Below are positions 45,033-56,478 of a stretch of 64,000 nt of DNA, one piece after another. This DNA comes from Candidatus Magasanikiibacteriota bacterium (GTDB lineage Bacteria > Patescibacteriota > Patescibacteriia > Magasanikbacterales > UBA922), in contig DOMK01000018.1 in assembly GCA_003510435.1 (NCBI GenBank), forward strand, positions 14,121 through 78,120, read 5' to 3'. Position numbers and translations under genes: made by a program. Each line of letters begins with the position of its first letter. The first letter of the stretch is position 1. Below the pieces are notes generated by a model, which did no database searches, was not told the origin of the DNA, and saw only the letters and a list, made by a program, of their open reading frames with translations.

Positions 45033-47870
45033 TTACTTTAAAAATTTCTTAAGATAAAATCCAGTCAAACTTTTCTTCACTTTAACAATATCTTTTGGCG
45101 TACCCTGAGCCACTACTTCTCCACCCTTCTTACCACCCTCTGGTCCCAAGTCAATTATCCAATCAGCACATTTAATCACATCAAGATTGTGTTCAATGAT
45201 AAGTACAGAATTACCTTTTTCAACCAATTGATTCAAAACATGTAATAATTTTTTTATATCTTCAAAATGCAAACCAGTCGTTGGTTCGTCCAATATATAC
45301 AATGTTTTACCAGTAGCCCGACGCGCCAATTCGGTGGCCAATTTCACTCGCTGTGCCTCACCACCAGACAAGGTCGTGGCTGGTTGACCTAGGTGAACAT
45401 AACTCAAACCCACATCGCGCAAAATTTGTAGTTTATCCGCAATGGCTGGCGTATCCCGGAAAAATCTATATGATTCTTCTACCGTCATATCTAGTACATC
45501 AGCAATATCTTTTTGACGATAATGAATTTCCAAAGCTTCTTGATTATATCTTTTACCTTTACATTCTGGACACTCTACAAATACATCTGATAAAAATTGC
45601 ATGGGAATCCGAACATAACCTTCACCCGCACAAGCTTCGCATCTGCCCCCACCTTTAACATTAAAACTAAATTTACCCGCATCATAACCGCGCATCTTGG
45701 CTTCTGGTACAGCCGTAAACAAATCTCTAATCGCACTAAACACGCCGGTATAAGTCGCTGGATTGGAACGTGGCGTTCGGCCAATTGGTGTTTGGTCAAT
45801 TACAATGACTTTATCAATATTACTTAGGCCTTTTATTTTTTTGTGCTCAGCTGGTTCTGCTTTGGCGCGGTAAAAATGTTGATTCAAAGCTTTGCCTAAA
45901 ATCTCAGTAATCAAAGTTGATTTGCCCGAGCCAGATACGCCAGTCACACAGAGCAATTGACCTAAAGGAATTTTGACATCAATATTTTTCAAATTAAAAG
46001 CTTTAGCCCCAATAATTTCTATACTCTTACCATTACCTTTATGTAATTTTTTTGGTATGTCAATTTTTTCTTTGCCAGTCAAATATCTACCCGTCAAAGA
46101 TTTTGGGCTCTTTTTTATTTGCGCCGCTGTCCCAGTAGCCATTATTTCTCCACCATATTCACCCGCTCCTGGACCGACATCCACCACAAAATCAGCCGCT
46201 TCCATCATGGCACTATCATGTTCTACCACAATCACAGTATTTCCCTGGTCGCGTAAAGTTTTTAGAGTGGTAATTAATTTATCATTATCTCTGGGGTGCA
46301 AACCAATTGAGGGTTCATCCAAAATATAAATTACCCCAGTCAAACCAGTTGAAAGTTGAGTGGATAGACGAACCCGTTGACCTTCACCACCAGACAGAGT
46401 CGCGACTGATCTGTCTAGAGTTAAATAATACAGCCCAACTCTTAATAAATCTTCCAATCGTTTACTAATTTCCTTGGCAATTGGCAAAGCAATCAACAAA
46501 TCAGTCTTAGAAAATAGACTTTGCATTTTACCTTTAACATTTTGCAATTCTTTAAAAAATTCATTAGCTTCTTCTACACTCATCTCTACCATGTCAGCAA
46601 TAGAATGGTCACCTACTTTTACAAACAAAGATTCATTTTTTAATCTTTTTCCATTACAAGACGGACAAATTTTTTCTTTCATATACTGTTCAATTTCTTT
46701 TCTAATATAATCAGAATCTGTCTCGGCATGACGTTGGGTAAGATTTGGAACTATACCTTCAAAATGAAATTTTTTATTATCAACACTATAGACTGTACCA
46801 TCAGTTCCAAAAAACAAAATATCCATCACCTCTTTTGGCAAATCTTTGACTGGAGTATCAATGGAAAAACCTTGAGTCTTGGCCACTTCTACTAATAATT
46901 TTTGATAAAAAGTTTGATTACCTACAATTCTTGTCCAGGGCTGAATTGCCCCTTCGGCCAAAGTAAGGCGAGGATTAGGAATAACTAATTCTGGATCAAC
47001 ATCTAGAGTTCGACCCAAACCAGTACAACGTGGACAAGCGCCATAGGGACTATTAAAACTAAAACTCCGTGGCTCGACTGGATTAAATTGACGATTACAC
47101 CCCCGACAAACTGGCTGAGTAGAATAATAATATTCATCGCCACTGTCTTCATCCAAAACTACAATCTCACCATTTGATAAATCAATGGCCTTATCAACCA
47201 ATACCACGACATCTTGCTTTTTTATGTCAGTTATTTTTCCAATTAATAATTCTACGGTATAATTTTTTTCTGCATCAAATTTATATTTGGCCAATTCCAA
47301 CATTTTCATGATTATGCCATTTAGACGTACACTCTCATAACCAGTTTGTTCTAAGTGAGATAATAAATCTTTGGCTTTGATGGTTTTACCTTTTACTATT
47401 GGAGCCAAAATAATTAATTCTGAACTCTTGCGTGCCAAACTTCTCACGGCTTCAGAAATTTCTCCAATAGAAAAACTTTTTACTGGCAAATTGCAATCAG
47501 GACAATATTGTACACCCATGCGAGAAAATAAAAGACGCAAGTGGTCATAAATCTCGGTCACGGTTCCCACAGTTGAACGTGGATTTTGGGAAACACTTTT
47601 TTGATCAATCGCAATCGTTGGTGACAAACCCTTTATTTCATCCACATTTGGTCTATCTTGTACGTCCATAAATTGCCGAGCATAAGATGACAAACTCTCA
47701 GCATAACGTCTTTGCCCTTCAGCGTAGATAGTGTCAAAGGCTAAAGAAGACTTTCCTGATCCGGAAAGTCCTGTAATCACTGTTAATTTGTTTTTTGGTA
47801 TTTCTAGTGAAACGCCCTTCAAATTATGAACCTTGGCGTTCTTGATAATTATTTTATTTTGTTCACTCAT
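45033..47870 (-). CDS. uvrA: Excinuclease ABC subunit A
   Basis: 945 aa; two ABC ATPase modules ([20 protein letters not shown]), LSGGE signatures, Zn-finger Cys clusters. Confidence 0.97.
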   Translation of the reverse strand: MSEQNKIIIKNAKVHNLKGVSLEIPKNKLTVITGLSGSGKSSLAFDTIYAEGQRRYAESLSSYARQFMDVQDRPNVDEIKGLSPTIAIDQKSVSQNPRSTVGTVTEIYDHLRLLFSRMGVQYCPDCNLPVKSFSIGEISEAVRSLARKSSELIILAPIVKGKTIKAKDLLSHLEQTGYESVRLNGIIMKMLELAKYKFDAEKNYTVELLIGKITDIKKQDVVVLVDKAIDLSNGEIVVLDEDSGDEYYYSTQPVCRGCNRQFNPVEPRSFSFNSPYGACPRCTGLGRTLDVDPELVIPNPRLTLAEGAIQPWTRIVGNQTFYQKLLVEVAKTQGFSIDTPVKDLPKEVMDILFFGTDGTVYSVDNKKFHFEGIVPNLTQRHAETDSDYIRKEIEQYMKEKICPSCNGKRLKNESLFVKVGDHSIADMVEMSVEEANEFFKELQNVKGKMQSLFSKTDLLIALPIAKEISKRLEDLLRVGLYYLTLDRSVATLSGGEGQRVRLSTQLSTGLTGVIYILDEPSIGLHPRDNDKLITTLKTLRDQGNTVIVVEHDSAMMEAADFVVDVGPGAGEYGGEIMATGTAAQIKKSPKSLTGRYLTGKEKIDIPKKLHKGNGKSIEIIGAKAFNLKNIDVKIPLGQLLCVTGVSGSGKSTLITEILGKALNQHFYRAKAEPAEHKKIKGLSNIDKVIVIDQTPIGRTPRSNPATYTGVFSAIRDLFTAVPEAKMRGYDAGKFSFNVKGGGRCEACAGEGYVRIPMQFLSDVFVECPECKGKRYNQEALEIHYRQKDIADVLDMTVEESYRFFRDTPAIADKLQILRDVGLSYVHLGQPATTLSGGEAQRVKLATELARRATGKTLYILDEPTTGLHFEDIKKLLHVLNQLVEKGNSVLIIEHNLDVIKCADWIIDLGPEGGKKGGEVVAQGTPKDIVKVKKSLTGFYLKKFLK

Positions 47871-47964
47871 AATAAAATTACTTGCCCCGTACCCCCATTT
47901 GTTGGGATAAAATAAATATATTTTAAAGTTAAAATATAATATTAAAAATAATTAATAACTGATT

Positions 47965-49401
47965 TTAATTATAAAATTTAATTTCACCAACATAAATATC
48001 AAGTTGCTGACTTTCCCCATCCAAAATACTAGGTGACAATAAAAATTCTTTTGGTTTTCCACCTCCGCCACCGTCATAAGAATCTTTTACAAAACTATTA
48101 AAAAATCCCGTAGAAACACTACTATTACCCAAATCAAACGATCTTGTTTTATTTCCCGAATCTACACCAATAAAATGGGCTTCATCCACAGGCCAATAAG
48201 TTTCATCAAGGTCCACATTTAAAACAAAACCTGCAACATTTTCCTTGTTACCACAGTCATTAGCTCCTTCTTCCAAATCTTTTGTCGATGCACTAGTAAT
48301 ATAACTCATATTTGTCCCATCAAAAAAAATACTATCTACAAAATTTGGTATTGGAAAATAACGACCAGAGTCACATACAACATACAAATCAAAATCATTA
48401 ACTAAAGTAGGAGAATCAAAATCCCAACTCCAATCAAAAGCTGCTAAAAGTGGTTTAACTACATGTCCCCAAATTATGGCTTTCTTACAACCATATTTTG
48501 GCTTATCAGAAGAAAAATCTTTCAAACAAGTATAAGTCGAGGTTTTATTAGTATTTTCATTTTCTGTACAATAATCTCCGCGACACACGTCAGCCCCACC
48601 TGAAACATATACTAACTGATTACCACAACTAAAATTAGTTTTTAAGGCTACTTTATCTTTTGTGTCATATATAATTGTATATGATTCTGCTTTTTTTGCT
48701 CCACCCGAAGGATCTTTTAATTTTTCCTTTATTGAATCTTCGGTCAAGACTGTATCTTTATTTCCCACAATCAAAAATTTTTCATTGTCTCGTCCACTCA
48801 AATCTTTACAAAATTCTTGTGGGGCCAAGCGTTTATTAATCAACCAAATCTGGGGCATACGAAGATTAACCAAATTAGGATTTAAAACATTTAAAAGGCT
48901 GTAGGACAACAAAGCAATGATCAAACCAATTATCGAGCCAGAAATTAATTTCTGTGCTTCTTTAATTTTTTCTGCACTACCACCCGATGTCACCCATACC
49001 AGACCAGATCGAATAATCATAAAAACTGCTAAAAGACCAACTACTACTACGCCATATCGATAAATATACTGAATAAAATCACCAAGATGAGCAAAATTAT
49101 TTTTACCACCAAATTTAATTGAGGTATTAGTTTGCCCAACTGGTAAACAAAAACCCATTGTTTTATCTTTACCTGTATTTATTTCTTTTCCACACACTTC
49201 AGCCGCGTCAGCTCCAGAATAAAAACCATTTTCAGCTTCCTTTTGTGGTAAATTTAATTCTTGCCGACGAAATTCCCAACAATCCTTTTCTGTCCAACAG
49301 CGAGCATCTACGGCCTGAACTGATTTAAGAGGTAAAAAAGCCAAAAAACCAATTATTATAATAAAAAAAGACAAGACTTTTTTTTGTTTAATAAAATACA
49401 T
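47965..49401 (-). CDS. Hypothetical secreted/membrane Cys-rich protein with an internal 2-TM hairpin
   Basis: Signal/TM MYFIKQKKVLSFFIIIIGFLAFLPLKSVQA; hydrophobic hairpin GVVVVGLLAVFMIIRSGLVWVTSGG...IIGLIIALLSYSLL; at least 14 Cys in the extracytoplasmic part. Confidence 0.5.
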   Translation of the reverse strand: MYFIKQKKVLSFFIIIIGFLAFLPLKSVQAVDARCWTEKDCWEFRRQELNLPQKEAENGFYSGADAAEVCGKEINTGKDKTMGFCLPVGQTNTSIKFGGKNNFAHLGDFIQYIYRYGVVVVGLLAVFMIIRSGLVWVTSGGSAEKIKEAQKLISGSIIGLIIALLSYSLLNVLNPNLVNLRMPQIWLINKRLAPQEFCKDLSGRDNEKFLIVGNKDTVLTEDSIKEKLKDPSGGAKKAESYTIIYDTKDKVALKTNFSCGNQLVYVSGGADVCRGDYCTENENTNKTSTYTCLKDFSSDKPKYGCKKAIIWGHVVKPLLAAFDWSWDFDSPTLVNDFDLYVVCDSGRYFPIPNFVDSIFFDGTNMSYITSASTKDLEEGANDCGNKENVAGFVLNVDLDETYWPVDEAHFIGVDSGNKTRSFDLGNSSVSTGFFNSFVKDSYDGGGGGKPKEFLLSPSILDGESQQLDIYVGEIKFYN

Positions 49402-49406
49402 AATTT

Positions 49407-50195
49407 TTAATTATTTTTTAAAAAATTTAAAATAACTTTATCCCATTCCTCCAAAGTTAAAACCCCTTCAATCTTAACATTATTTACAAAATATGTTGGT
49501 GAGCCAATCACCCCAAGTTTAACGGCATCAGACAAATCAGTCTCCAGTTCTGTTTGAATTTTTTCGCTAGTTATACAACTTTGAAACTTATCTTTATTCA
49601 AATTTAAATTTTGAGCATAAAGCAACAAAGAATCTTGATCTAATTTTTTTTGAGTAAACAATAAATTATAATAAGACCAAAATTTATTTTGGGCTAAGGC
49701 GCACATAGCCGAAGCATGGGCCGATGTGGCATTAGGATGAATTTCTTGTAAAGGTAAATTTTTAAATACTACTTTTACTATTGGTTCATATTTATTTAAA
49801 AATTTAGAAAAATCACTATAGGCTTGCTGGCTATAAGGACATTCAAAATCCAAAAAAGCTAGAACTGTAATCTTGGCTTCTAGATTACCAAAAACTGGAT
49901 TATAATCCCTGACATAATCAGCCAAATTAGAAATTGATGGATCAGTTGTACTTTTATTTTGGGTCAACTTTGTACCCACAGTAAATTTGCTAGAAGTAAA
50001 ACTCTGGTTTATTTTTTCTACAGTAGCCAAACTGCCATATTTTATTTGCCAAGCATAATAACTAAAAAGAGCCATAAAACCAACGGCTCCTAAAATTATT
50101 AGACTAATAAAAAATAAAAATATTATTCCTCCAGCCGTATGATGCCATGGTTTTTTATTTTCTGGTAAAAAATTTTCCGAAAGATTATCAGACAT
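49407..50195 (-). CDS. DsbA-like thioredoxin-fold protein with N-terminal TM anchor (CPYS motif)
   Basis: N-terminal TM plus thioredoxin fold with FECPYSQ (CxxS variant). Confidence 0.65.
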   Translation of the reverse strand: MSDNLSENFLPENKKPWHHTAGGIIFLFFISLIILGAVGFMALFSYYAWQIKYGSLATVEKINQSFTSSKFTVGTKLTQNKSTTDPSISNLADYVRDYNPVFGNLEAKITVLAFLDFECPYSQQAYSDFSKFLNKYEPIVKVVFKNLPLQEIHPNATSAHASAMCALAQNKFWSYYNLLFTQKKLDQDSLLLYAQNLNLNKDKFQSCITSEKIQTELETDLSDAVKLGVIGSPTYFVNNVKIEGVLTLEEWDKVILNFLKNN

Positions 50196-50263
50196 AAATT
50201 GATTTTATCAAGCTGATATATTATACCATATTTTATGATTTGTCAACAGTTTTCTGTAAACAA

Positions 50264-51025
50264 CTAAACAATGGATTCTTTTCTCACAAACCGCCATCTT
50301 CCTACCGGTAATGTCCCAAGTGATAATCTTCCAATTCTCATCCTTTTCAAACTAATAATATGATAACCAAGATTACCAAACATTTTTCTAATTTGGCGAT
50401 TTTTTCCTTCTTCCAAAATTACTGTCACTACCACCCGCCGACCAAGATTTAATTCTTTTATAATTCTAATTCCTTTTACCCACTCGTCCTCGCCAATATC
50501 CATGCCACTGGCCAAAACTTTTTTTGCATCTTTTGAAAGAGTTTTATCAATCATTACTTCATATTCTTTTTCATGTTCAAACTTGGGATGAGTTAGTTGG
50601 TTAGTTAATTCACCATCATTAGTAAGCAGAACTAACCCTTCGGAATCTTTGTCTAAGCGACCAACTGGATAAACCCGTGTTTGAATTTCTTGTTTTTCAT
50701 TTTTCCAAAAATTTGCTGGTGTCAATAAATCCAAAACTGTTTGCCCTTGTTCATTATCAGCACTACAAATATAATCCACTGGTTTGTTTATAGCAATGTA
50801 AACCTTGTCTTGAAAAAATTTTTTGTTCTCTATCTTTTCACCAACCAAAGCATCAACTTCAACCTTATCTTTTTCACCATCTATCTTTATTCCCATTTCT
50901 CTTACTACCTCCCCATTAACTCTTACTTTTCCGTCAGCAATCAAAACTTCAGCTTTGCGTCTAGAACAAATCCCTTGGTCAGCTATATATTTTTGTAAAC
51001 GAATATCTTTCATAGTAAAACCCAT
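50264..51025 (-). CDS. Pseudouridine synthase, RsuA/RluB family
   Basis: S4 domain (LQKYIADQGICSRRKAEVLIADGKVRVNG) and catalytic VGRLDKDSEGLVLLTNDG. Confidence 0.85.
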   Translation of the reverse strand: MGFTMKDIRLQKYIADQGICSRRKAEVLIADGKVRVNGEVVREMGIKIDGEKDKVEVDALVGEKIENKKFFQDKVYIAINKPVDYICSADNEQGQTVLDLLTPANFWKNEKQEIQTRVYPVGRLDKDSEGLVLLTNDGELTNQLTHPKFEHEKEYEVMIDKTLSKDAKKVLASGMDIGEDEWVKGIRIIKELNLGRRVVVTVILEEGKNRQIRKMFGNLGYHIISLKRMRIGRLSLGTLPVGRWRFVRKESIV

Positions 51026-51126
51026 TATAGCAAAAATAATTTATATTTTCAAGATTAGAAATAAAAAAACACCCAGTCTATAAAGAGGGGGTGTTTTGTA
51101 ATTTTGTATATTCTGTATTTTGTATA

Positions 51127-51774
51127 TTATGCTAATTGTTCAGCGACTTCAGCCGCAAAATCAGACACTTTCTTTTCAATGCCTTCTCCCAATTCATAAC
51201 GAGTAAACCGACGTAAAGTAGTTTTTTCTCCCATTTCACCAGTCTTTTGGGTTAACAATTGTTCAATAGTCTTGTCTTCATCTTTAATAAAAGGCTGTTC
51301 CAATACACATACTTCACTATAATAACGACCCATCTTACCTTCAAGAATTTTTTCAATCATTTCAACTGGTTTACCTTCATTTTTCAATTGCTCGCGATAA
51401 ATATTTTTCTCTTTTTCCATGTCTTCTGCCTTGACTTCTTCCCGAGATAAATATTTTGGATTGGCTGCGGCAATATGCATAGCAATATCATGAGCCAAAG
51501 CTTTGAAGCCATCGGTCTTAGCCACAAAATCAGTCTCACAATTTAATTCCAAAAGTACACCAATTTTACCTTCACCGTGAATATATGAATAAACTAAACC
51601 TTCGGCCGCAATCTTACCAGCGCGCTTAGCTGCTTTGGCAATTCCTTTGGTTCGTAAAATTTCTCCCGCTTTTTCTGCATCACCATCAGCCTCAACTAAA
51701 GCATTTTTACAATCAAGCATCCCTGCTCCTGTTTGGGCTCGGAGCTCAGCAATCATTTTAGCATTTATTTCCAT
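51127..51774 (-). CDS. tsf: Elongation factor Ts (short form)
   Basis: MEINAKMIAELRAQTGAGMLDCKNAL UBA-like N-terminus; 215 aa; downstream of rpsB. Confidence 0.9.
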   Translation of the reverse strand: MEINAKMIAELRAQTGAGMLDCKNALVEADGDAEKAGEILRTKGIAKAAKRAGKIAAEGLVYSYIHGEGKIGVLLELNCETDFVAKTDGFKALAHDIAMHIAAANPKYLSREEVKAEDMEKEKNIYREQLKNEGKPVEMIEKILEGKMGRYYSEVCVLEQPFIKDEDKTIEQLLTQKTGEMGEKTTLRRFTRYELGEGIEKKVSDFAAEVAEQLA

Positions 51775-51805
51775 ATTTTTGTTTTAAAAAATTTATTATT
51801 AACTA

Positions 51806-52522
51806 CTATTTTGTAGCTTCTTGTCCAGCAACTTTAGCCTTTTCTGCCAAACCTTCTTTAATTGCTTCGGCTACTAAGTTGGTAATCATATTTATAGAAT
51901 TTACTGCATCATCATTGGCTGGAATAATATAATCAGCATTGTCTGGATTCGCATTAGTATCACAAACACCAATTATTTCAATTCCCATTCTCTTGGCTTC
52001 GAGCATGGCAGTTTTTTCTTTTTGTAAAGCAGGAATAAACAAAACATCTGGTTTCTTTTCCAATTTGGCCAAACCACCTAAAGATTTATCCATTTTTTCT
52101 AGTTCTCTGGCAATATCCAATTGTTCTTTTTTGGTATATTTTTCCAATTCTCCGCTAGCTTGTTCTTCTTTAAGACGATTATATTTTTTGATCAAACGTT
52201 TGATCTCTGTAAAATTCGTTAACAAACCACCAATCCAACGATCTAATAAAAATGGCATGTCACAACTTAGAGCGGCTGCTTTAACTATTTCTCTGGCTTG
52301 TGGCTTAGTTGTCACAAACAAAATAACCTTGCCGTCTTTAGCAAGATTTTTTACTGACTCCAAAGTGGTCTTCAATATTTCTTGGGTTTTTTCCAAATCA
52401 ATGACATGAATGCCATTTCTTTGACCAAAAATGTATTGCTTCATCTTTGGGTGCCAGCGGGAAATCTGATGGCCAAAGTGAACACCGGCCTTCAACATTT
52501 CCATAATACTAGGAATTTTCAT
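51806..52522 (-). CDS. rpsB: 30S ribosomal protein S2
   Basis: GVHFGHQ..WNPKM-like N-terminus (AGVHFGHQISRWHPKM); 238 aa. Confidence 0.95.
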   Translation of the reverse strand: MKIPSIMEMLKAGVHFGHQISRWHPKMKQYIFGQRNGIHVIDLEKTQEILKTTLESVKNLAKDGKVILFVTTKPQAREIVKAAALSCDMPFLLDRWIGGLLTNFTEIKRLIKKYNRLKEEQASGELEKYTKKEQLDIARELEKMDKSLGGLAKLEKKPDVLFIPALQKEKTAMLEAKRMGIEIIGVCDTNANPDNADYIIPANDDAVNSINMITNLVAEAIKEGLAEKAKVAGQEATK

Positions 52523-52816
52523 AATTTTTCCTTTGTCCTCCCAATCGCGGCTCTAACAAGTGGTTGTTAAAGAGGAAAAAATGCGAAAGGTGAGGGATAA
52601 ATTAGTGCCAATATAATACTAAATCTAACCTTATTTGTCAATGGCATATATAATATAAGTGTTAATAACATAATTTTAAAATACAATATACACACAACAA
52701 AATACAAAATTGTATATTGTTCCATGTATTTTGTATGTTATTAATCTACACAAACATGGTATTTACACCCAAACTTTGATATAATATAAACACTTTTATA
52801 ATTAAACATAAATTAT

Positions 52817-53881
52817 ATGCCAAAAATATCAGATAACTTTGCTAGAATAAGAACAATTTTCTTTTTTAGCCTCATTATAATTTTGGGAATTGCCCTCCTC
52901 TATGTTATTAGTCCATTTATTTATCCAATTTTTTGGGCAGCGGTAATAGCGGTTTTAGCTCACCCAACTTACAAAAAACTATTAAAATTCTTTAGATCAG
53001 CCACTCTAAGTTCAATAATTACCATTGTCCTAGTCGTTGCTATAATATTTTTACCTTTAGCTGGTTTGTCTACTTTACTTGTCAATGAATCTATTAGTTT
53101 ATACCAAAAAGTCACAAACACAGGCATAACAAACACTGTCGATAATGTCAGTAATTGGTTAAGCCATAATCAACTACTGGCTCCTTATATAAAGACTATC
53201 CAAAATAGCTGGGCACAATATGCGTCCAACTTTACAAAAACAATTAGTATATTTTTATTTGACAATATAAAAAGTGTCACCCAAAATTCACTCTGGTTTT
53301 TGTTAAGATTCTTCTTAATGCTCTATGCCTTATTTTTCTTTTTAAAAGATGGGCCAAGAATGTTAAAATGTTTAATGCATTTATCTCCTCTGGGGGACAA
53401 ATATGAAACCATGTTGTACGAAAAATTTTCTTCTACCACCAGAGCAACTTTAAAAAGTACTTTATTAGTCGGTGGTATCCAAGGTACCTTGGGTGGAATA
53501 TTGTTTTGGGTCACTGGAGTCGAAGGCGCTCTTGTCTGGTGTGTCATCATGATTGCCTTATCTGTTATACCAGCTGTTGGTTCTTCCATAGTCTGGTTTC
53601 CAGCTGGTATTATAATGCTCGCTACTGGCAACATCTGGCAAGGTATCTTGATTCTATTTTTTGGTCTAACAGTTATCAGTTTAATTGATAATTTCCTTCG
53701 TCCAATTTTTGTTGGCCGAGACACCCAAATGCATCCCATGCTGGCTCTATTTTCTACTTTAGGTGGAATTATAATTTTTGGCATTTCTGGTTTTATTATT
53801 GGACCAGTCTTAGCTTCACTGTTCTTGGCAATCATGAGTATATATGAACACCATTATAATAGTGAGTTGAGTGAAAATTAA
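52817..53881 (+). CDS. AI-2E family transporter (PerM/YhhT-like, UPF0118)
   Basis: 8 TM segments; conserved NFLRPIFVGRD block. Confidence 0.85.
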   Translation: MPKISDNFARIRTIFFFSLIIILGIALLYVISPFIYPIFWAAVIAVLAHPTYKKLLKFFRSATLSSIITIVLVVAIIFLPLAGLSTLLVNESISLYQKVTNTGITNTVDNVSNWLSHNQLLAPYIKTIQNSWAQYASNFTKTISIFLFDNIKSVTQNSLWFLLRFFLMLYALFFFLKDGPRMLKCLMHLSPLGDKYETMLYEKFSSTTRATLKSTLLVGGIQGTLGGILFWVTGVEGALVWCVIMIALSVIPAVGSSIVWFPAGIIMLATGNIWQGILILFFGLTVISLIDNFLRPIFVGRDTQMHPMLALFSTLGGIIIFGISGFIIGPVLASLFLAIMSIYEHHYNSELSEN

Positions 53882-53925
53882 CATTGATTACACTGATTGT
53901 GAGTTGAGATTACACAGATTAAAAC

Positions 53926-54035
53926 AAAAAACCCCGGTCTTTGTCTATGACTACGCCCGGCAAGCTAGATAATCTTTATATCAAAGAATTCAGCTTGCCC
54001 AGCGTAGCTTTAGCGAGGCTGGGGTTTTATTTTTG
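53926..54035 (+). repeat. ~100-nt structured repeat element R2 (copy of R1); also a terminator with T-run
   Basis: accccggtctttgtctatgactacgcccggcaagc...ttgcccagcgtagctttagcgaggctggggttttatttttg. Stem positions maintained relative to R1 by compensatory and wobble changes. Confidence 0.6.
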
Positions 54036-54084
54036 TTAAATATTTGTAAAATTTCTATTAAATTTATTTTAATTTTTTGTTCAA

Positions 54085-54621
54085 TTACCCTTTCACACTA
54101 TCAATCAACTGCTGTACCATTTCTTCTGCCTTTTTCTGTAATTGCGCGCTCGTCATACCCACCCCAATACCATTCTTAAGTTCCTCCATCTGTTCACGAA
54201 CCAACTCACCACGCATTTTTTCTAGTTCTTCTAAATAACCACCAATTTTCTTTTTTAATTCCTCAACTTTTTTCTTATCTTGTTTTAAAGACGAAACATC
54301 ATCATCAGTCTGAGCTAGTTGCAGTTGAGCCCGAAGTTGTCTAATCGCTGTCTGCACCTCTTGCATATGGCGGACAATATTTTGCATTTGTTTCTGGCTA
54401 TTTTTTACTTCACGAATCATAACATCCGCTCGCTCCATGGCCACGGCTGCTTGTAATTCTTTATTCGCTTCACCTTCTTTATTTTCTCTTTGCTCAGCCG
54501 AACTTTCTCTACCTTCCCTAGATCGACGAAGATTATTTTGTTCTGATTCAAATGACATAAAATTACTGTTGCTTATCGACATTATTTTTTTGATCAATTT
54601 CCCAAATCTCTTTTTGCGCAT
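54085..54621 (-). CDS. Hypothetical coiled-coil protein
   Basis: Charged, heptad-rich sequence. Start uncertain: overlaps the upstream gene unless Met 54582 or 54555 is used. Confidence 0.45.
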   Translation of the reverse strand: MRKKRFGKLIKKIMSISNSNFMSFESEQNNLRRSREGRESSAEQRENKEGEANKELQAAVAMERADVMIREVKNSQKQMQNIVRHMQEVQTAIRQLRAQLQLAQTDDDVSSLKQDKKKVEELKKKIGGYLEELEKMRGELVREQMEELKNGIGVGMTSAQLQKKAEEMVQQLIDSVKG

Positions 54622-55234
54622 TATAAACCACCCAACACAGACCTAAGAAAGAAAATACTAAAACATAAGGTAAAAATTGAACTAAATATGTTTTGTGAAA
54701 AAACACTAATAAAGTATTTATAATAATAAAAAGCAATCTCACTTCTGTCGGACCAATACCTAGATATGATATTTTAAATTTATTGGTCGCAGAAAAATAC
54801 AAATAAGAATTCACAATATAAGCACCAAAGATAGCTAGGATAAAAAATAAGGAATTGAATTTATCATTAAACAAAAAAGAATAACCAATTAAAATGGAAC
54901 ACAAAAACATGTAATCTAAAAAATGATCCATATAATGCCCCCAGCGCAAAAGCCCAGCCTGACGGTATCGGCCTAAAGCACCATCCAGTGAATCTGTTAT
55001 ATACTGTGCTATGATTGATAATGATACTAGCCAAATCCAATGGATATTATATTGGGCCAAATAACTAAAGACTATAATCAACACACACCAAATAATTGTC
55101 GTTAGTGTCAGATGGTTACCACCTAACCAAGCAGGTAAGCGTGGCACTGCCCAATTAATCCATTTTTTTTCTAAACTGGCAAAAAACCATTTACCAACTT
55201 TTTTATCCGCGGCTAACTTTTCTGTTTCTGACAT
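54563..55234 (-). CDS. CDP-alcohol phosphatidyltransferase family protein
   Basis: DSLDGALGRYRQAG....DHFLDY matches D(x)2DG(x)2AR...G(x)3D(x)3D; multi-TM. Confidence 0.8.
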   Translation of the reverse strand: MSETEKLAADKKVGKWFFASLEKKWINWAVPRLPAWLGGNHLTLTTIIWCVLIIVFSYLAQYNIHWIWLVSLSIIAQYITDSLDGALGRYRQAGLLRWGHYMDHFLDYMFLCSILIGYSFLFNDKFNSLFFILAIFGAYIVNSYLYFSATNKFKISYLGIGPTEVRLLFIIINTLLVFFHKTYLVQFLPYVLVFSFLGLCWVVYNAQKEIWEIDQKNNVDKQQ

Positions 55235-55328
55235 AAAATATTTATTAATATTATGGAAGTATCATAACAAATTAAATAAAAAAACTCAATCTTATACAGA
55301 CTGAGCCTTAAAATAAAAAGTAGAGAAA

Positions 55329-56348
55329 TTATGGATTATTTTTTAATGCTCTAACTGCAAACTCATCGGCATATTGTTCTTTTGGTAAAGACCGATAAGC
55401 AATATTTTGATCATCCACCAATCTAGCCACATCCACCACACCATCTACTACATATTTTTCCCGTAATACGTCACTGTCTTTAACTGCTTGCTCAATTAAG
55501 CCATTCTCAATCATATTATTCAGTGTTGCTGGATTCACATTTGGTAAAGGCAGACTGGCCATTTCCACTCGATTTTTTTGTTTCCAAGCTTCACTTGGAG
55601 ATAATTCAAGATCATTATTATTTTTAAAATTTATTATATAATCATGAGCATGACCAAGTTCGTGTGCAAAAATAAAAGATTGTAATATTTCGGCCGTGAC
55701 CTCTTCTGCTTTCAAACCCAATAATCCAGCTACAATTTCTACTGATTTTTTTCTAGAAACTAATAACTTTCTATAATGTTCTTCATTACCGGGTACAACA
55801 TAAATAGTCGGAGCAGAATCAAACCCTGAAGGATCAGCAAAATAACCACCAGTATGTGACAAAGTTTCTCCAGACTTGGGTTTACCTAATCTTACTTCCA
55901 CTTGACGTAATTCTGGATTGGCTTGTAATATTGTAGCCCACATATTTCCCAAATGTTCTCCTCCTTCTTCAACAATTTTCCTATCAGAAATATCTTTGAT
56001 TTCTTGTTTTCGTTTTTCAATATTTAATAATAAATTTGAAAAATTAATATCATCACCACATAATGTTGAAAATTCCGACATTTGTATATCCAAAACACGA
56101 ATAATATCCTTTACTTTTTCAATTGCAAAACTATCCATTGAATCAACGTGAGTAAACAAATCATCTAATTTTTGTGAAACTAAAATAAACTTGCGTTCTC
56201 GGGTAAGCGCATTGACAATTTCTTTCCTAAACAAATCCAAATCAGTCTCTCTTTTTTTGAGGTCGCCTCCAGTACTACTAGCATCTAAAATTTTTCCATC
56301 TCCTACTGTTAATGACATATAATTTAATAGACATAACATCAATATCAT
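55329..56348 (-). CDS. Hypothetical protein with HExxH zinc-metallopeptidase-like motif
   Basis: FIFAHELGHAHDYI; no further family assignment. Confidence 0.5.
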   Translation of the reverse strand: MILMLCLLNYMSLTVGDGKILDASSTGGDLKKRETDLDLFRKEIVNALTRERKFILVSQKLDDLFTHVDSMDSFAIEKVKDIIRVLDIQMSEFSTLCGDDINFSNLLLNIEKRKQEIKDISDRKIVEEGGEHLGNMWATILQANPELRQVEVRLGKPKSGETLSHTGGYFADPSGFDSAPTIYVVPGNEEHYRKLLVSRKKSVEIVAGLLGLKAEEVTAEILQSFIFAHELGHAHDYIINFKNNNDLELSPSEAWKQKNRVEMASLPLPNVNPATLNNMIENGLIEQAVKDSDVLREKYVVDGVVDVARLVDDQNIAYRSLPKEQYADEFAVRALKNNP

Positions 56349-56394
56349 AACAAATTAAATAAAAAAACTCAATCTGATATAAATTGAGCTTCTG

Positions 56395-56478
56395 TGCCCG
56401 AGGCGGGAATCGAACCCGCACTCTATTGCTAGAACAGGATTTTAAGTCCTGCGCGTCTACCAATTTCGCCACCCGGGC
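56395..56478 (-). tRNA. tRNA-Leu (anticodon UAA), 84 nt, long variable arm, no encoded CCA
   Basis: rc is GCCCGGGTGGCGAAATTGGTAGACGCGCAGGACTTAAAATCCTGTTCTAGCAATAGAGTGCGGGTTCGATTCCCGCCTCGGGCA. 7-bp acceptor stem, GGTTCGATTCC T-arm, anticodon loop CUUAAAA. Confidence 0.9.
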
